DNA of 39,435 nt from an uncultured Candidatus Peribacteria bacterium (lineage in GTDB: Bacteria; Patescibacteriota; Gracilibacteria; Peribacterales; Peribacteraceae). Made by a program: the position numbers and the translations under genes. Under the pieces are notes generated by a model, which did no database searches, was not told where the DNA came from, and saw only the letters and a list, made by a program, of their open reading frames with translations. Location: contig CAZLUK010000092.1 in assembly GCA_964562735.1 (NCBI GenBank), positions 1-39,435 of the forward strand, read 5' to 3'. Shown here one piece after another: positions 7,518-16,733 of this stretch; within the stretch, counting starts at the first letter, position 1, and each line of letters begins with the position of its first letter.

Positions 7518-9416
7518 TTAAAGGCACAACCTAATCTCTTCGGCACTCATAAAATCCGTGACGGCTGTTGTTCCATCGGCGGTCAGAAACCGTCCTCTTA
7601 TGCTATTTATTTCTTGCATGATTTTTTTCATATCGATTTCCGTAAATTTGGTATTGCTTTTCATACCGTTGTCAAAAATTCTTGACATAACTTGATCCAT
7701 CTGACTGAAATCGATACGTATCCGGTATTGCTCCGAGCTGTTTTTTTCAAGTGAAGTCTGATCGATCATGGCTTCCATGAACGCAATAAACTTCGGAACC
7801 ATTTCCTCGACAATTTTTTTGAAATCGATCTTGGAAGCATCTAACCCGAGTGCTCTCCCAATCCGTTCTACCCCACGCGCTTGGTCACCGGATTCAAATA
7901 TTTTTTGTAAATCTGCGCGAATCTGCTGCTTCGCCGTAGCCTTAGATTTATCAAATTCTATCAACACCGGATCGTCCTTCAATTCGTCTCCTTTGAGGAT
8001 GCCTTTTTCAGTTGCAATAAACATTCCAGGATTTTCCAAAACCTGATTGCGCTGCTCCAACTTTTTGATCTCCTCCAGGCGCTGCTTCAGCTCTGCTTGT
8101 TTTTGCTTCAGCTGCGTCTCTAGGGTAGTTTTAGCTTCATCTGCTGGGCGTGGTTCCGTATTCAGTTTATCTTTAATCGCTTTAATCTCACCCTCGGTCT
8201 TCACATTGTCATTCTTGAGCGTATTCAGTTTAGTAATGTTCGTCGCCGTTTCTGCCTTGCGCTCGGTTTCAGTTATCTTCGACGGATCTTTTTGGTCGAT
8301 CGGTACGGCTTCAACGGTCGTCTTCTTTTTTCCGAGACGATCGATGAGGGAAACTAAGACTTTGATCAGTCCGATGAAGAATAACATGCCACGCTCTTCT
8401 CGCGGGCACATCGTGACCTGATCTTTTTTGAGGTCACTTCTATCTATGTCGACGCCGTCCATCATTAGGAAGCCTTCCACGGTGTCGCGTTCCTCTTGGG
8501 TGCAGGTCTTCCACCGCTCCGTCAGCCGGTTGATGCGCTCTTGGACTGCGGGGGAATCGATTATTTCTGGGCTACCCGAGCCCTCGATACCTCCCGAAGT
8601 TGGGTGCAGATTGAAACGCGAATCTGGGCTCCCCACTGCGGCGAAACGGGGGTCGTTGATCAGTCCTGGTTCTGGTTTGGGCTGGCCTGCGGTTGGCACC
8701 GGAGCTTTGATGCGGCCGGATTTCACACCCTCAAGTTCCAGTACGAGCTGTGTTTTCATGTTATCTAGTTGTATGAGCCTAGCGTCAACTTCTGGGACTG
8801 AATTTTGCGTCAATCCCATAAACGAGCGAGTAGCCTCTGGAGCTTTGTTCCGTCGATTTGTCGCAGCTTTTTTCAATTGTATATATCGTACTGCATTGAG
8901 CTGCGCACCGTGCATTACTGCTTTTATTTCTCTGTCTATCGCAGCAATCTGCCCCTTCAATTCATCGATACGATTCTTCCGTGCGGTGACCTCGGGCGGA
9001 AACACCGTCGGACTGTACGATTCAATCGTCACTCTTTTCTCATTCCAGTTCCAACGCAGCTGCAGACCCTGCGGATACAGACTTTTGTTGATTTGGCCGA
9101 TGTGATCTGCCACGAACTGGCGGGACGCATTGGGAGTCGCAAGGATGGCATCCAAATCGCGCTGGGCGGTTTCGACGATGCGCCGACGTTGTTGTTCCAC
9201 TGTGTCATTCGTTGCTTGCTTCACTTCGTTCAGGCGCTTGAGCAATGTCTGAAGAATTTTTTCCGGTTTCTGATCAACGCGCAATTCAACGTGCCGTTCG
9301 TCGTCCCTGGGATATTGCGGTGCGGGCATATCGCCTTCCCGTATAACTTGATGATCTGCGAGCAGGCGTGCTTCTCGTAGTGAATAATTACCGTTCTTGT
9401 GTAGGACAGTTTTCAT
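7518..9416 (-). CDS. hypothetical large coiled-coil protein with one central hydrophobic segment
   Basis: 632-aa ORF. Long charged helical stretches and a hydrophobic segment GMLFFIGLIKVLVSLI. No recognisable catalytic motif. Confidence 0.6.
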   Translation of the reverse strand: MKTVLHKNGNYSLREARLLADHQVIREGDMPAPQYPRDDERHVELRVDQKPEKILQTLLKRLNEVKQATNDTVEQQRRRIVETAQRDLDAILATPNASRQFVADHIGQINKSLYPQGLQLRWNWNEKRVTIESYSPTVFPPEVTARKNRIDELKGQIAAIDREIKAVMHGAQLNAVRYIQLKKAATNRRNKAPEATRSFMGLTQNSVPEVDARLIQLDNMKTQLVLELEGVKSGRIKAPVPTAGQPKPEPGLINDPRFAAVGSPDSRFNLHPTSGGIEGSGSPEIIDSPAVQERINRLTERWKTCTQEERDTVEGFLMMDGVDIDRSDLKKDQVTMCPREERGMLFFIGLIKVLVSLIDRLGKKKTTVEAVPIDQKDPSKITETERKAETATNITKLNTLKNDNVKTEGEIKAIKDKLNTEPRPADEAKTTLETQLKQKQAELKQRLEEIKKLEQRNQVLENPGMFIATEKGILKGDELKDDPVLIEFDKSKATAKQQIRADLQKIFESGDQARGVERIGRALGLDASKIDFKKIVEEMVPKFIAFMEAMIDQTSLEKNSSEQYRIRIDFSQMDQVMSRIFDNGMKSNTKFTEIDMKKIMQEINSIRGRFLTADGTTAVTDFMSAEEIRLCL

Positions 9417-9724
9417 GCGCTAGTGGAATTATCGAGCTGATGTTCGATGTCCGTCATGCGGTTCTTATCCGCGGCCTGCAGAAATCCGGTTAGACTTTCC
9501 ATAGAAGCGCGGCGGTAGATGTTGTAAGACTTGTCCCACTCGCGCTTGTGCTCGGCGAGCCGACGGTCGTATTCGGCGAATGCATGGTTATAGCGGGATA
9601 GACGTTCAGTTTTGGCTGCTTGGCTGTCATGTTCCATGTCCATCACCACCTTTGGCATGTTCGTAAGTAGCAGATCAGGTTCGATGGAACCCATGATCAT
9701 CTCATATAGATCGTCTCCGCTCAT
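9413..9724 (-). CDS. hypothetical protein, translationally coupled to the 7518..9416 gene
   Basis: 103-aa ORF whose stop overlaps the downstream start by 4 nt. Confidence 0.5.
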   Translation of the reverse strand: MSGDDLYEMIMGSIEPDLLLTNMPKVVMDMEHDSQAAKTERLSRYNHAFAEYDRRLAEHKREWDKSYNIYRRASMESLTGFLQAADKNRMTDIEHQLDNSTSA

Positions 9725-9835
9725 GAGCGGCGGCGGAGTGGGCAGAGTGCCGAAGGGAGACGCGCTGTCAGCTATAAATGGGTGGAAGTGTGTATTTCTG
9801 TTTATTATACCTTAAAACTCATTTTCCTTCAATCG

Positions 9836-10071
9836 CGATTCACGAAAGTGGGCACTGAGTCTGAACGGGAAGCTACTGTTCATTCCCCGCCTCACCCCCG
9901 ACCCCTCTCCCGCTGCGGCTGGAAGAAGAGGGGAGCTTCGTTTCACTTCGAAAGAACTTAAGTAATGTTTCCTTTCTCCCCCATCGGGAGAGAGATGGCT
10001 CCGCAGAGCCGGAGTGAGGCGGACAGAGCGATTGCTTTTGCAGGGTCAGTGAGCAGTTACCGATTCACGAA
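9836..10071. repeat. about 225-nt intergenic element flanked by 11-nt direct repeats CGATTCACGAA
   Basis: CGATTCACGAA at 9836..9846 and 10061..10071. Inside, CCGCCTCAC (9887..9895) pairs with GTGAGGCGG (10014..10022). There are also local hairpins (CCCCTCT..AGAGGGG). Confidence 0.3.
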
Positions 10072-10119
10072 TGAACAAACCTCTTCTCTAATTTCATCTA
10101 TTTCCTCTAGCATAGGTCC

Positions 10120-11790
10120 ATGCTCAAACGAACCTTGCTCCTAACTGCATTGCTGGTCCCTATGATGGCTCTAGCTCTCGAAATCCAGCCCGCCGATTTC
10201 TACTCCGATGTCCGCGCTGATTCCCGCGAAGCGGCGGGTATCAATCTGCTCACCCGTGAAGCCATTGTGCAGGGCTACGGTGACAGGTATTTTGGTTCTA
10301 CCAGACTGGTAAACCGCGCCGAATTCCTGAAGATTGCCATCCTCGCGAGTCCGGATGGATATCAGCTCGAAACGTCCGGTCAGGGCTGTTTTCCAGATGT
10401 GAACGGGAGTGATTGGTTCGCTCCGTACGTATGTGCGGCCAAGGCTGCCGGCATCGTGAGCGGGAATGCAAACTCAAAAATTTCCCAAGACAAATGGACG
10501 TTCAATCCGGAGACTCCCGTGACGTACGACGCAGCGCTCAAGATGCTCGTGATCCTCTACCGCTACCCAGTTCCCAATGTCGCTGGTATCGATTGGGCCG
10601 AGCCATACTATCAGGCAGCAGTTGCCAAAGGCGTCGATCTTCCGATCAGGATTACCTTAGGTACCCGCCTGACTCGTGGCATGGCCGCACGACTCGCCGG
10701 AGCGTTCTTTGCCGAAAAGTCCGGGAAACTCGGAGAGTACCGTCTTGCGGAGGCTGGACAATATCAGTCTTCGAACTCTACTTCGTCCATTAGCTCATCA
10801 TCGTCTTCGTCCGTGAGTTCGTCGGTTTCATTTTCATCTTCGTCATCGGTTGCATCACTCTTCACGCTGCCGTCGGTGAGTAACTTTCTCGTGGTCGGCA
10901 GCACGACTGATGCCATTGCCGACGGAATGATCCGCAGCACTGGTGAGACTGCCAAAATTGCGCTCGTGCAGGTGAAGCTATTTAACGAAGTTCGTTCGAT
11001 CGATCGTCTTGAGCTCGTAACGTCCAGCGGCCAACTCGTCGCGACCCTCATGCGCCGGATCAACACCGACACTGTCGATTATAAGCAGACATTTGAGGCT
11101 CAAGTTTATCCCGAGCAACAGGTAACGATTCCAAATGATACGGACATCCGGCTAGTGCTGCGAGCAGTCATCCGAACTGCGGATAACGCCGGATTTTCCG
11201 ACGAACTCCTGCATGTCCGAACGTTCTCATTCACAATGCAGGGCGACCGCACAAACCAATCGTTCAATGTGCCGCTGAGCGGCCCATTCAAGAAACATCA
11301 GACTTCCTTCGGCCGCATCACGAGGGTGACTCGTGTATCTCCCATCACAGCATCTCTTGTATCCGGAACCGGCGTGGTTATTGGCAGTTACTCCTTTAGC
11401 GGTTCCGTCATTCCGGGTAAGAATCTGAGGCTCCGCCAACTCGTTTTCTCACTCACAAAGAGCGGTTCAGCGACTGTGAGCGGCTGGATGCTTGTGCACC
11501 GCGTATCCGGAGCAAGCGTTACCTGCACCACCAACGATCAGGCTATGACCATCACATGTTTGGCGCTCGATCAAGCCGTGGGACTGCTTACTCCTGGGGT
11601 ACCGTTGATCCTCGATCTTAAAGCCACGGTGTCGGTGCCCGCTGGCACCCATGATTCGATTCTGGAAACATCACTCAAAGCAGCGGGTTCGCCAGAGTCG
11701 CTTGGCAGTATCGAGTGGACTGACGAATCCGGAATTTTTCGCTGGGTGGAAGGCCGAACTCCCGTCGCGGAAGGCACCCGCCTACAGTAA
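10120..11790 (+). CDS. secreted S-layer-homology (SLH) domain protein
   Basis: Signal peptide MLKRTLLLTALLVPMMALALE. Three SLH-like units (FYSDVRADSREAAGINLL..; FPDVNGSDWFAPYVCAAKAAGIVSG; DWAEPYYQAAVAKGV). A poly-Ser linker, then a beta-rich C-terminal region. Confidence 0.75.
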   Translation: MLKRTLLLTALLVPMMALALEIQPADFYSDVRADSREAAGINLLTREAIVQGYGDRYFGSTRLVNRAEFLKIAILASPDGYQLETSGQGCFPDVNGSDWFAPYVCAAKAAGIVSGNANSKISQDKWTFNPETPVTYDAALKMLVILYRYPVPNVAGIDWAEPYYQAAVAKGVDLPIRITLGTRLTRGMAARLAGAFFAEKSGKLGEYRLAEAGQYQSSNSTSSISSSSSSSVSSSVSFSSSSSVASLFTLPSVSNFLVVGSTTDAIADGMIRSTGETAKIALVQVKLFNEVRSIDRLELVTSSGQLVATLMRRINTDTVDYKQTFEAQVYPEQQVTIPNDTDIRLVLRAVIRTADNAGFSDELLHVRTFSFTMQGDRTNQSFNVPLSGPFKKHQTSFGRITRVTRVSPITASLVSGTGVVIGSYSFSGSVIPGKNLRLRQLVFSLTKSGSATVSGWMLVHRVSGASVTCTTNDQAMTITCLALDQAVGLLTPGVPLILDLKATVSVPAGTHDSILETSLKAAGSPESLGSIEWTDESGIFRWVEGRTPVAEGTRLQ

Positions 11791-11816
11791 TCTTGATTAA
11801 AGACTTGGCGATTGTT

Positions 11817-11942
11817 TAGAGGAACCTCTGAAAATCCCCCTTATTCCGCAGCAGCGGTTCGCAAACCGCTGCTTAGAGGCACCGGAACCACGATTTGCGA
11901 ATCGCGGCTGCGGGTCAAAGGAGTTTTGCAGAGGTTCCTAGA
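11817..11942. mobile_element. MITE-like repeat, family 1 (short copy)
   Basis: Terminal inverted repeats AGGAACCTCTG (11820..11830) and CAGAGGTTCCT (11929..11939). Internal perfect hairpin GCAGCGGTTCGCAAACCGCTGC and a second hairpin CCACGATTTGCGAATCGCGG. A longer inverted copy sits at 26022..26208. Confidence 0.6.
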
Positions 11943-12089
11943 AGTTGTTGACGATCACCAGCAAGAACGCACAGGCAAAGGTGGTCCAGAGAATGGACAG
12001 CACAAGAACTTTTTCACGATGCCGTTTATCAAGCAGTTCAGGACCTATATTTGTATTGAGAATATGACACCATTCTATCATATGACAAC

Positions 12090-12935
12090 TTATTTCGCAA
12101 GTGCCTTCTGAATCTCCCCAACCATAACTGAAGCGGCTTTTGCGGCGGATTCCTTCCAATTCTTGGTGGGCGAGGCGTACAAAATACTCCTGCTGGCATT
12201 CACGATGGCACCAGTGCCATCCGGCAGGAAACCGAGTATGACATCCTCGGCAGTGCCTCCCTGTGCGCCGTAGCCGGGGATCAGAAACGGGATGTGCGGC
12301 ATGAGTGAACGGAGGTACTTCATCTCTTCCGGATACAGAGCACCGACGACCGCGCCGATCGCGGAGAGATTACTCTTTGGGCCAAGCAGCTGCGCTCCCC
12401 AGCTTTCCACGAGTTGTGCCATGTGTTCGTGCACCATTTCATCTCCCACCGGCAGATCCTGCAGATCTCCGGAGCTTTCATTACTCGTCTTCACTAGGAC
12501 ATAGATACCACGGTCGTTTTTTGTACAACGTTCGATGAACGGCGTGATGCCGTCCACGCCCAAGTACGGCGTCACCGTGAGAGCGTCGATCGGACTTAAT
12601 GCCCCCAGATAGGCGTCGGCGTAGGCTTCGCACGTCGAGCCGATATCATTCCGTTTGCCGTCCGCAATGACGATGAGATTTTTCTGCTTGGCATAAGCAC
12701 AGATTTTGAAGAACACTTTCATTCCTTCCCACCCGAGCAGTTCAAAATACGCGAGCTGCGGCTTCACGCAAGCAGCCGTGTCACAAACAGCATCGATAAT
12801 TCCCTTACAAAACTCTTCGACGCCCCCAACGTCTTTCCGGATCCCATCCGGCATTTTAGAAAGCACCGGATCCAATCCTACGCACACGGGCGATGTTTCT
12901 AGAATGCGCTTCTGGAGTCGGTCGGCGTAGTGCAT
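12090..12935 (-). CDS. pyrF: orotidine 5'-phosphate decarboxylase (type 2)
   Basis: 281 aa. SPVCVGLDP, CVKPQLAYFE and VIADGKRNDIGST motifs. Confidence 0.9.
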   Translation of the reverse strand: MHYADRLQKRILETSPVCVGLDPVLSKMPDGIRKDVGGVEEFCKGIIDAVCDTAACVKPQLAYFELLGWEGMKVFFKICAYAKQKNLIVIADGKRNDIGSTCEAYADAYLGALSPIDALTVTPYLGVDGITPFIERCTKNDRGIYVLVKTSNESSGDLQDLPVGDEMVHEHMAQLVESWGAQLLGPKSNLSAIGAVVGALYPEEMKYLRSLMPHIPFLIPGYGAQGGTAEDVILGFLPDGTGAIVNASRSILYASPTKNWKESAAKAASVMVGEIQKALAK

Positions 12936-12955
12936 GGACTGAAGTGTACCACTTC

Positions 12956-14458
12956 TTACACTCCCACTTGCTGTCGATACTGCAGTGCTTCCGCGACGTG
13001 CGTGATGCCGATGTCGTCCGATCCCGCCAAATCTGCAATAGTCCGGGCTACTTTGATGGTGCGGTGATAGGTACGAGCCGAGAACTGTAGCCGCTCGGCG
13101 GCCTGTTTCAGGAGTGCCTGACTTTTCAGGTCGAGCGGACAGAACGTCTCCAGGTCGCGGACGGTCATTTCTTTATTTGTTGAAAATCCGTGCTGCTTAA
13201 ATCGTTTCATCTGACGTTCACGGGCAGCCGTCACGCGTTTGCGGATCGTCTCACTCGTCTCGGCCAACGGATCGTGCTTGCGCTGAAGATCGGCGATCTC
13301 CACCGGTTGTACGTCGATCGTGAGATCGATGCGGTCGAGCAGCGGCGCCGAAATCCGCCGCTTCATCCGCTCCGCCGACGCCGAACTGTACTGCGGTGGG
13401 TTCATGGCACCCACGAGAATAAAGTCTGCTGGGAATGTGACGGTGCCTTGTGCGCGGTTGATCGTGATCTTGCGGTCTTCCATTGGCTGCCTAAGCACTT
13501 CCAGCACCTGCGGCGGAAATTCGGCGAGTTCGTCCAAAAATAAAACACCACGGTGCGCAAGTGAAATTTCGCCCGGCATCGGGTGTTGGCCGCCACCGAC
13601 AATCGCCACCCCGCTAGCGGTGTGGTGCACGGTTCGGATCGGCCTCTCGCTGATGAGCGGCGTCGTTTCCGGCAGGAGATTAGCAACCGAATAGATCCCC
13701 GTAATCTCCAGCGATTCTTCTTGAGTAAGCGGTGGCAGGATACCCCGGAGAGCTCCAGCAAGCAGCGTTTTGCCGGAACCCGGCGCGCCGGAGAGTAAAA
13801 CGTTGTGCCCGCCAGCGGCTGCGATCTCGAGTGCCCGTTTTGCCAGCGCCTGTCCGCGCACGTCGGCGAAATCGATGATGTTGAGGGGCATCGCCGGAGC
13901 ACAGGCCGGCGGCAGAATGACCGGCGGAGTCATCGTTCCGGAGAGGCATGCGACGACATCTTTCAAATAGTCGACTGCGATCACGGTGAGCCCTGCGACC
14001 AGCGCCGCTTCGGGGCCATTGGCTGATGGCACGACGATGGACGTGAGTCCGCGTTTCATGCATTCCAGCGCACATGCGAGCACCCCCGAGACGTGCCGCA
14101 GCTTTCCGTCAAACGCCAGCTCGCCGAGGAACGCAGTCGTGGCGATAGTTTTCTGCGGAATGGCAATGACAGCATTGCTTTGGAGGATACCGAGTGCGAT
14201 CGGCAGATCGAACCTCGAGCCCGCTTTGCGGATGTGCGCTGGAGCCAGGTTGACGTTCGTGATCCGGCCCATCGGGATCCGATATCCGGACGTTTTCATC
14301 GCCATAATGACGCGTTGTTTACTTTCCTGGACGGCCATGTCGCCGAGACCGACGATCAGGAACCTGGGTTCTCCGGCGGTGGGGATGACACCGATTTCAA
14401 CGTCAATCGGGAGCGCGCCGACGCCGATGGTAGTGAAGGAGGTGAGTTGGGTGAGCAT
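12956..14458 (-). CDS. comM: YifB/ComM family Mg-chelatase-like AAA+ ATPase
   Basis: 500 aa. N-terminal Lon-protease-like part, Walker A LLSGAPGSGKTLLAGAL, Walker B GVLFLDELAEF, and a C-terminal ...ARTIADLAGS...ITHVAEALQYR tail typical of the family. Confidence 0.9.
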   Translation of the reverse strand: MLTQLTSFTTIGVGALPIDVEIGVIPTAGEPRFLIVGLGDMAVQESKQRVIMAMKTSGYRIPMGRITNVNLAPAHIRKAGSRFDLPIALGILQSNAVIAIPQKTIATTAFLGELAFDGKLRHVSGVLACALECMKRGLTSIVVPSANGPEAALVAGLTVIAVDYLKDVVACLSGTMTPPVILPPACAPAMPLNIIDFADVRGQALAKRALEIAAAGGHNVLLSGAPGSGKTLLAGALRGILPPLTQEESLEITGIYSVANLLPETTPLISERPIRTVHHTASGVAIVGGGQHPMPGEISLAHRGVLFLDELAEFPPQVLEVLRQPMEDRKITINRAQGTVTFPADFILVGAMNPPQYSSASAERMKRRISAPLLDRIDLTIDVQPVEIADLQRKHDPLAETSETIRKRVTAARERQMKRFKQHGFSTNKEMTVRDLETFCPLDLKSQALLKQAAERLQFSARTYHRTIKVARTIADLAGSDDIGITHVAEALQYRQQVGV

Positions 14459-14556
14459 GAAAGGTGGGAGAAGAAGAGGCTACAGATGCTATGGTGTACT
14501 TTCGTACACCTTTCCGCAAGCCCATTCAGAAGACAGGAGATGCCGACTATGGTGTG

Positions 14557-14931
14557 ATGAGTTGGATGGCAGCGAACACCCAGAACACCGGACGGCTTGG
14601 AGAAGACCTTGCGGCAGCGTATCTGCGTTTACGTAAGTTTCAGATCAGAGAGCGTAATGTTCGCTTCGGCCGGTTTGAAATCGATATTGTGGCCTACGAT
14701 CCAGAGGAAAAAATGATCGTGTTTGTGGAGGTGAAAGCGCGGACCAATCATGACGAAAGATATCCCATTCGCACGGCAGTCGACCACCGCAAACGGCGTG
14801 CTTTGCAGCAAGCAATTTTCCGGTGGGTGAATCATCACCGGTACGAAGGCCCCGCCAGAATCGACGTCGTCTGCATCGCGGAAGGACGGGTAATTGATCA
14901 CGTAGTCAATTTCGGCGCCAATTTTTTCTAA
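14557..14931 (+). CDS. yraN: YraN family (UPF0102) endonuclease-like protein
   Basis: GRLGEDLAAAYLRLRKFQIRERNVRFGRFEIDIVAYDPEEKMIVFVEVKARTN is the YraN signature. The ORF opens at GTG 14464, but the family N-terminus fits the ATG at 14557 or 14566. Confidence 0.8.
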   Translation: MSWMAANTQNTGRLGEDLAAAYLRLRKFQIRERNVRFGRFEIDIVAYDPEEKMIVFVEVKARTNHDERYPIRTAVDHRKRRALQQAIFRWVNHHRYEGPARIDVVCIAEGRVIDHVVNFGANFF

Positions 14932-15086
14932 ATATTATAAGAACACAAATACATATTTCTGTCACATTCAACCCCACGACTAAAAACCAAAATTATGGTA
15001 AAATACAAAGATTTTCACACCCCTTAATTATAGCAATCACCCTCAACAAGAACGGCGCAGCGATTCTCACGGTACTGCTGGCACTG

Positions 15087-16733
15087 GTGATGATCGGAGG
15101 AGCTTTGCAGAGAGCGGTACCGACGCGCGCCGCCGATCTGGTGTGTGGTGATGGCGACAAAGAGGACCCCGAGGAATGTGATGACGGTAACCTTTGGAAC
15201 GGCGACGGCTGTAGTAGCACGTGTTCCATCGAACTCTGTGGTAACCTCTCGATTGATCTGAGTGAGCAATGCGATGACGGTAACCTTTGGAACGGCGACG
15301 GCTGTAACCGCTACTGTCAAATCGAATTCTGCGGTGACCGTGAGATGCAGGAAACTCGCGGCGAGCAGTGTGACGACGGCAATGGCATTTCCGGCGACGG
15401 CTGTAGCGGCAGCTGCAAGCTCGAAGGCGGCAATGGTGCCGCTTCGTCCGATCCTTCTCAAGGTACGGAGTTTCCTCCCCCGCCGCTGCCTGTCATCGTG
15501 ACGCAGGCGCAGTATGTGAGAACGTTCCTCGCAACGGAATCCGGTGAAGATTACAAGAGCTATCTGACCGATGAGCAAACGATTCAGCTGGGGACCATAA
15601 TAAAGAAATTGGCAAACGGCAGGCGCCTGAATACGCAGGAGCGCGAGTGGGCTGCTGCGCTCTCTATCGTGTTTCAGGCAGCCAGGTCCGCCGAACGTAC
15701 GCGTTATACCAATCTTCTGAAGCAGCTCATATCAACACCGATCAGCTTGGAAGTGCTGGCAGAGAAGAACATCAGGCTGTCGCACCTGGTGGACACCGAG
15801 ATTTCGGTCGCCATCGATGAATTGAAACGCACAGTAGCGGTGATCCGCCGCAGCGAACTCAAGAACGCGGTGGCAGTTGAAATTTCACGCCTCGCGGGCC
15901 AGGGGATCGATCTTACGAAAGACGTTCCAGCTGATTTCGAGAGCTACCTCACCCCTGGCAACCCACCGATCTCGGTCTTCACTACCCTAAATATACTGAA
16001 AGCGGCGGCTGAGAAATATGCCACCACCGACCTTCCGGCATCCCTTGAGATCGTCCGTGCCGAGGTGCAGGCTATTCGGCAGGCATTGCCGATTTTCGAA
16101 CAGGAGTACGGACTCAAACCAAGTGAAGCTGAACCGCTACTCACGGATATCGAGAACGTCAGCAAGACAGCCACGAAGCAGGATATTTCACGCGTTGTCA
16201 TTGCCATCAATCGCTTCCTCACATTACTTGAAATCAACAAGATTTTTTCGCAGGCCGATATCGCATCGTTCGGGAACGATCAGACAAATGCTGCGCTGTC
16301 CGCTAAGCGCATCGCGGAGGCCATCGGACTCTCCGATCAGGTTGTATCTGCCGCCGACATCGAGCCGTTCCTCGCGACTCTTTCGGCATCCGCGCCCGCC
16401 GGAGCCAAATACTTTTTTGAGCACGGCAGCAGCATGCAGCAGCGTAATGCCCTTCTGGAATTCCTCACAAATGATGACCGTGTAACGGCACTTCGCGCCA
16501 CTCTCCATCAGGCTGGACGCACGGATTTCGATACTCGCTACGAACAACTTCGCACCGATATTTCCCAAGTCGGAGATATCGGTGACACTATGACGATCTG
16601 TGATGACTCCATCCCTGAAGCGCTCCAATGCGTAAACCAGTACCTCACCGATCTTGAGGCCGCGGTCCGCGGACAGGGTTTCTTCACCCGACTCATCGGA
16701 AATCTTCAGGATTATTTCGGCATCGGTTCATGA
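15087..16733 (+). CDS. secreted or membrane-anchored protein with three Myxococcus-type cysteine-rich repeats plus a long helical C-terminal region
   Basis: Three repeats: CGDGDKEDPEECDDGNLWNGDGCSSTC, CGNLSIDLSEQCDDGNLWNGDGCNRYC and CGDREMQETRGEQCDDGNGISGDGCSGSC. The hydrophobic leader continues in frame upstream of the GTG at 15087 (..NKNGAAILTVLLALVMIGGAL), so the true start may be a non-canonical codon near 15027..15036. Confidence 0.7.
   Translation: MMIGGALQRAVPTRAADLVCGDGDKEDPEECDDGNLWNGDGCSSTCSIELCGNLSIDLSEQCDDGNLWNGDGCNRYCQIEFCGDREMQETRGEQCDDGNGISGDGCSGSCKLEGGNGAASSDPSQGTEFPPPPLPVIVTQAQYVRTFLATESGEDYKSYLTDEQTIQLGTIIKKLANGRRLNTQEREWAAALSIVFQAARSAERTRYTNLLKQLISTPISLEVLAEKNIRLSHLVDTEISVAIDELKRTVAVIRRSELKNAVAVEISRLAGQGIDLTKDVPADFESYLTPGNPPISVFTTLNILKAAAEKYATTDLPASLEIVRAEVQAIRQALPIFEQEYGLKPSEAEPLLTDIENVSKTATKQDISRVVIAINRFLTLLEINKIFSQADIASFGNDQTNAALSAKRIAEAIGLSDQVVSAADIEPFLATLSASAPAGAKYFFEHGSSMQQRNALLEFLTNDDRVTALRATLHQAGRTDFDTRYEQLRTDISQVGDIGDTMTICDDSIPEALQCVNQYLTDLEAAVRGQGFFTRLIGNLQDYFGIGS

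Noticed and set aside
11938-12081. 47-codon ORF (MIEWCHILN...VLVLSILWTTFACAFLLVIVNNF*) starting 8 nt after the pyrF stop
   Set aside because: It is plausible as a small membrane peptide, but it is short, has no homology I can recognise, and its stop lies inside the MITE terminal repeat. Too weak to annotate.
11812-12111. ORFs running through the MITE-like repeats (11812..12111, 25868..26119, 25992..26207, 26023..26406) that share peptides such as NPPYSAAAVRKPL
   Set aside because: The shared peptides come from the same nucleotide repeat read in either orientation. The sequences are hairpin-rich with terminal inverted repeats and differ by indels that are not multiples of three, so they are non-coding repeats.
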